A stretch of 64,000 nucleotides of DNA from Spirochaetia bacterium (lineage in GTDB: Bacteria > Spirochaetota > Spirochaetia > UBA9216), in assembly GCA_963675665.1 (NCBI GenBank), contig OY776510.1:992001-1056000 (forward strand), written 5' to 3'. The first letter of the stretch is position 1; every line of letters begins with the position of its first letter. The notes beneath the pieces were generated by a model. It saw only the letters and a program-made list of their open reading frames with translations, ran no database searches and was not told the origin of the DNA. Below are positions 60,004 through 64,000 of this stretch, piece after piece. Position numbers and translations under genes: made by a program.

Positions 60004-60948
60004 ATGAAACTGTTAAAAACTTTACTAATTGTAATGGCCGTCGTTTTGATTGCAGCAGGCTCTTTGTCTGCAGCAGGTCAGCAGGAATCCGACGGAAAGC
60101 TGAAGATCGTGCTTGTTCCCAAATCGGTAGGACATCCGTTCTGGGCTGATCTGGAGAAGGGTATGGAAGATAAAGCGGAAGAAATGGGAGTAACAGCTTT
60201 TTTTCACGGCCCCCAGAGTGCAACCGCAAGCGGCCAGATATCAATAATTGAAGATTATCTTGCAATGGGAGTTGACGGAATTGCTATAGCGGCTAACGAC
60301 CCTGATGCAATCAAGAAGTATGTTGAAATGGGTCTTGAGCAGGGTGTCCAGATGGTTACGTTCGACACTGATGCTCCCGACAGCGGACGTCTTTTTTATG
60401 TCGGAACTGATAATGTAGCCGCAGGCAACCAGGGTGCGGAAGCACTGATAAAGATGATGAACGGAAAAGGCAAGGTTGCAATACTTACTGGCGGACTGAC
60501 AGCGCTTAATCTCAATCAGAGAATTGAAGGTTTCGAGAAAGCTGTTGCTGCGTATCCTGATATAGAAATTGTTGCCAAGGAATCTCATGGTGATTCTCTG
60601 GAACAGGGGATTCCTCTGATGGAAAACCTTTTAACTGAATATCCGGATATCGATGCGTTTTATTGTGTAAGCGGTCCCAATGTAGCAGCGGAAGGGTTGA
60701 AGTCTGCAGGATATGCACCCGGAGAAAAAATTGTCTTCGGCTTCGACATTTTCGATCCTGTTCCTGCTCTTATCAGAGAGGGGTATATACAGGGAACTGT
60801 TGCTCAGCTTCCGTATAAAGAAGGCCAGATAGTTGTAGAAAAACTTGTTGCCAAGATAAACGGTGAAAGTGTAGATGAAATCGTCGGCACAGGCACAAAT
60901 GTAGTTACATCAGAGAATATTGACGCATATCTCTCAGAGGTTCATTAA
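60004..60948 (+). CDS. Sugar ABC transporter substrate-binding protein
   Basis: AGGAGG RBS; leader ending SAAGQQE; HPFW, FDTDAPDS, YVGTDN. Confidence 0.93.
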   Translation: MKLLKTLLIVMAVVLIAAGSLSAAGQQESDGKLKIVLVPKSVGHPFWADLEKGMEDKAEEMGVTAFFHGPQSATASGQISIIEDYLAMGVDGIAIAANDPDAIKKYVEMGLEQGVQMVTFDTDAPDSGRLFYVGTDNVAAGNQGAEALIKMMNGKGKVAILTGGLTALNLNQRIEGFEKAVAAYPDIEIVAKESHGDSLEQGIPLMENLLTEYPDIDAFYCVSGPNVAAEGLKSAGYAPGEKIVFGFDIFDPVPALIREGYIQGTVAQLPYKEGQIVVEKLVAKINGESVDEIVGTGTNVVTSENIDAYLSEVH

Positions 60949-60957
60949 GGATTTTTG

Positions 60958-60993
60958 CCGGGGCATAAGGTAAAACATTGCCCCGGGGTTTTA
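60958..60993 (+). terminator. Stem-loop after the binding-protein gene
   Basis: CCGGGGCA...TGCCCCGG followed by GGTTTTT. Confidence 0.5.
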
Positions 60994-61006
60994 TGAGGTA
61001 AATTGC

Positions 61007-62521
61007 ATGACTGATGTACTGCTTGATTTAAGATCTATTTCAAAAAAATTCCCCGGGGTTAAAGCTCTGGATAATGTTAATATTCAAATTAAAAAAGGTG
61101 AGGTTCATTCGATTCTGGGAGAAAACGGTGCAGGGAAATCTACACTGATGAAAATAATCAGCGGTGCGTTGAATAAAGATGAAGGTGAGATGATTTTTGA
61201 AGGCCGGACCGTCAGTTTCTCGAATACAATGGACTCTCAAAAAGCCGGAATAGCGATGATATATCAGGAGTTTAATCTTGCGCCGCATTTGACGGTTGAA
61301 GACAATGTCTTTATTGCAAACGAACCCTGTTCAAGGTTAAATATTGTTGATAGAAAAACTGTTCGCAAAAGAACATTCGAGCTGCTGGACAGTATAGACT
61401 TCAAACTGGATCCTTCAAAAAAAATAAAGAACCTGAATGTCTGTGAACAGCAGATTACGGAAATAATCAAAGCGCTTCGAAATGAATCAAAGCTAATCAT
61501 TATGGACGAGCCGACGTCTGCGTTAACCGAGAACGAAATCAGAAAATTCTTTAAATGTATTGATAAAATGAGAAGCGAAGGTCTCAGTATCTTATTCATA
61601 TCACATAACCTTGAAGAGGTTTTTGAGATCTCTGATACGATTACTGTTATGCGTGACGGAAAATCGGTCGGAACCTACCCGATTGATGAAATCACACCGA
61701 ATGATGCAGTCAGGCTGATGGTCGGAAGAGAAGTTGAAAATATCTACGACAGGAAGACTGTAGAAATTGGCGAAGAAGTTCTGAGAGTAAAGAATTTATC
61801 CAGTCCCGGCAAAATACACGATGTTTCGTTTACTCTCAGAGAAGGTGAGGTTCTCGGTATCTGCGGTCTGCTCGGCGCCGGGAAGACTGAAATTGTCCGC
61901 GGCATTTTCGGTGCGGATACGAAAGCGACGGGAGAAGTATTCATAAAGGGCAGAAAATTAAAAGTAGGCAATATTAATGATGTTATAGATGCGGGTATCG
62001 GATTAATACCTGAGGACAGAAAAAACCAGGGATTATTTCTGGACAAAAACATAAAAGAAAACCTGAGTGCAGCAAGTATTGAAGAGCTTTCAAAATGTAA
62101 GTTCCTTTCAAAAATGCGGGAGCAGGATCTTGCTTCTCAATATGTGGAGATTCTGCGCATAAAGACCTCCGGTTTGAAGCAGATTGTCAATAATTTGAGT
62201 GGCGGGAACCAGCAGAAAGTTGTAATCGGCAAATGGCTTGCTCTTTCTCCGAAAGTGCTGCTTATGGATGATCCGACAAGGGGTGTTGATATCGGCGCGA
62301 AACAGGCTATCTATAAACTTATCGGAGAGCTTGTGTCCTCCGGTGTCGGGGTGATTTTTATTTCTTCCGAGCTGCCGGAGGTTATAGGGATTTCGGATCG
62401 TCTGCTGGTGATTGCGGATGGAGAATTAAAAGCGGAATTTAGAAGTGATGATGCAACCCAGGAAAAAATCCTGACAGCGGCAACATTAAAAACAAAACTA
62501 AATTCAGAAAAGGCGGTATGA
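61007..62521 (+). CDS. Sugar ABC transporter ATPase (RbsA-like)
   Basis: GENGAGKST, MDEPT, LSGGNQQK, DDPTRGVDIGAK. Confidence 0.95.
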   Translation: MTDVLLDLRSISKKFPGVKALDNVNIQIKKGEVHSILGENGAGKSTLMKIISGALNKDEGEMIFEGRTVSFSNTMDSQKAGIAMIYQEFNLAPHLTVEDNVFIANEPCSRLNIVDRKTVRKRTFELLDSIDFKLDPSKKIKNLNVCEQQITEIIKALRNESKLIIMDEPTSALTENEIRKFFKCIDKMRSEGLSILFISHNLEEVFEISDTITVMRDGKSVGTYPIDEITPNDAVRLMVGREVENIYDRKTVEIGEEVLRVKNLSSPGKIHDVSFTLREGEVLGICGLLGAGKTEIVRGIFGADTKATGEVFIKGRKLKVGNINDVIDAGIGLIPEDRKNQGLFLDKNIKENLSAASIEELSKCKFLSKMREQDLASQYVEILRIKTSGLKQIVNNLSGGNQQKVVIGKWLALSPKVLLMDDPTRGVDIGAKQAIYKLIGELVSSGVGVIFISSELPEVIGISDRLLVIADGELKAEFRSDDATQEKILTAATLKTKLNSEKAV

Positions 62522-63537
62522 ATATTATGAAATACACTGACACTGTAAACAAGGAAAAGGATGACATCGAAGAAAAACAGATTAATAAGTGTACGAATAT
62601 TCTGAAAAAAATATTTAACTTTCAGGAATCGGCGATTTTATTTGTATTTATTATTTTCTGTATTCTGCTGTCTATCGTTGCTCCGAGGTTTTTGCTTCCG
62701 CAAAACATATCAAATGTAATCAGACAGTTTTCAATGGTTGCTATAGTAGCAGTCGGAATGAGCTTTGTTATAATTTCCGGAGGAATTGATCTTTCAGTCG
62801 GCGGTATCGTCGCCTTTGTCGGCGTTTCAGTTGCCTGGATGATAGTAAATATGGGGATGCCTATCTGGCTGGCCATATTCATCGGCCTGATTCTCGGATC
62901 ATTTCTTGGTCTTCTTAATGCAATACTGATTGTTCGGGTCGGACTGCCTCCGTTCATTGCGACCCTTGGAACAATGCAGATTTCCAGAGGGCTGGTTCTG
63001 GCTTTAACCAGGGGGTACCCCATCAGACCGTTTCCCGAAGTCTTTCTGGCAATAGGTCACGGCAAAATAGGCGTTATCCCGGTTCCTATTGTAATCATGA
63101 TCATCGTAATTATTGTTGCTCATATATTTCTGAGTAAAACAACAACCGGCAGGTATATCTACTATACGGGCAGCAACCTTGATGCCGCGGTTCTGTCCGG
63201 AATAAAAACCAAACGGATTTTGTCGTCGGTCTATATAATTACAGGGTTTCTTTGCGCAGTAGCGGCGGTTTTGTTGACAGCCAGGCTGTCTTCGGCCCAG
63301 AGCAATATGGCTGAAGGCTGGGAGCTTGATGCTATTGCCGCTGTCGTAATAGGCGGGGCAAGCCTGTCGGGCGGTGAAGGATCAATTATCGGCACTCTCA
63401 TAGGTGCGGCAATTATGGGAGTCATCAGAAACGCTCTGGTACTTCTTCACGTTTCGGTTTACTGGCAGACCGTTGTTATCGGCTGTGTAATTATTGCGGC
63501 GGTTACCATAGATAAAGTCAGGCATAAGGATAATTAA
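62518..63537 (+). CDS. Sugar ABC transporter permease (RbsC-like)
   Basis: GGIDLSVG, PPFIATLG, ELDAIAAVVIGGASLSGG. Confidence 0.95.
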   Translation: MNIMKYTDTVNKEKDDIEEKQINKCTNILKKIFNFQESAILFVFIIFCILLSIVAPRFLLPQNISNVIRQFSMVAIVAVGMSFVIISGGIDLSVGGIVAFVGVSVAWMIVNMGMPIWLAIFIGLILGSFLGLLNAILIVRVGLPPFIATLGTMQISRGLVLALTRGYPIRPFPEVFLAIGHGKIGVIPVPIVIMIIVIIVAHIFLSKTTTGRYIYYTGSNLDAAVLSGIKTKRILSSVYIITGFLCAVAAVLLTARLSSAQSNMAEGWELDAIAAVVIGGASLSGGEGSIIGTLIGAAIMGVIRNALVLLHVSVYWQTVVIGCVIIAAVTIDKVRHKDN

Positions 63538-63552
63538 AAGAAGGGGAATGAT

Positions 63553-64000
63553 ATGAGATTTAAATCACAGGCAGCATTACTTACAGGTGCAGCGAGAGGA
63601 ATAGGAAAGGCAGTGGCAAAGAAGCTGGCCTCGGAAGGTTGTTATGTTGAAATTACCGATATAGACGAAAATGCAATAGATGAAGCTGTCAGGGAAATAA
63701 ATAAAGAATTCCCGGGACTGGCGGGCGGATCAATTATGGATGTAACTGATAGTTCATCGATAAACCGGGTTGTAAAAAAACTGTTAAATGAAAAAAGCAG
63801 GATTGATATCCTCGTTAATAATGCGGGAGCAAACGGAAAGGGCTGGGTTGTGGATTTTGAGGAGAAATTATGGCAGACGATTATTCAAACTAATCTTACG
63901 GGGACATTTCTCTGTTCAAAAGCGGTTTTGCCGGGAATGATAAAAAAAGGAAAAGGCAGGATTATTAATATTGCTTCAATTGCCGGAAAACAGGGCGAAT
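63553..64000 (+). CDS. SDR oxidoreductase (polyol/sugar dehydrogenase-like), partial
   Basis: Hand translation MRFKSQAALLTGAARGIG...DILVNNAG...TNLTG...IINIASIAGKQGE; runs off the window edge. Confidence 0.88.
   Translation, partial: MRFKSQAALLTGAARGIGKAVAKKLASEGCYVEITDIDENAIDEAVREINKEFPGLAGGSIMDVTDSSSINRVVKKLLNEKSRIDILVNNAGANGKGWVVDFEEKLWQTIIQTNLTGTFLCSKAVLPGMIKKGKGRIINIASIAGKQGE

Overview
Bacterial chromosomal window, most likely an anaerobic free-living spirochaete (inferred from Spirochaetaceae-style binding-protein leaders such as SLSAAGQQE and a CsgG-like exported protein). It holds about 55 protein-coding genes. I saw no rRNA, tRNA, CRISPR array, transposase or integrase. Contents: a sigma54-controlled aldehyde:ferredoxin oxidoreductase with its divergent activator and visible binding sites; three monosaccharide-type (CUT2) ABC importers, each with a different regulator; an LsrK-like kinase; citrate synthase; several hydrolases and oxidoreductases; and a PilZ-less cellulose-synthase-like GT2 between a PAS-PP2C-RsbW fusion and a STAS protein. 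A ~10.4 kb island lies between 397-bp near-identical direct repeats of a gene 3' end and carries an AraC-PAS-pseudokinase regulator. The most striking feature is a soluble histidine kinase whose input is a sugar-ABC ATPase domain (ABC-PAS-HisKA-HATPase). It is co-transcribed with an NtrC-type regulator and faces a sigma54 promoter driving a sugar ABC operon, making it a candidate transport-flux sensing two-component system. All product calls come from motif recognition by eye, not database searches.
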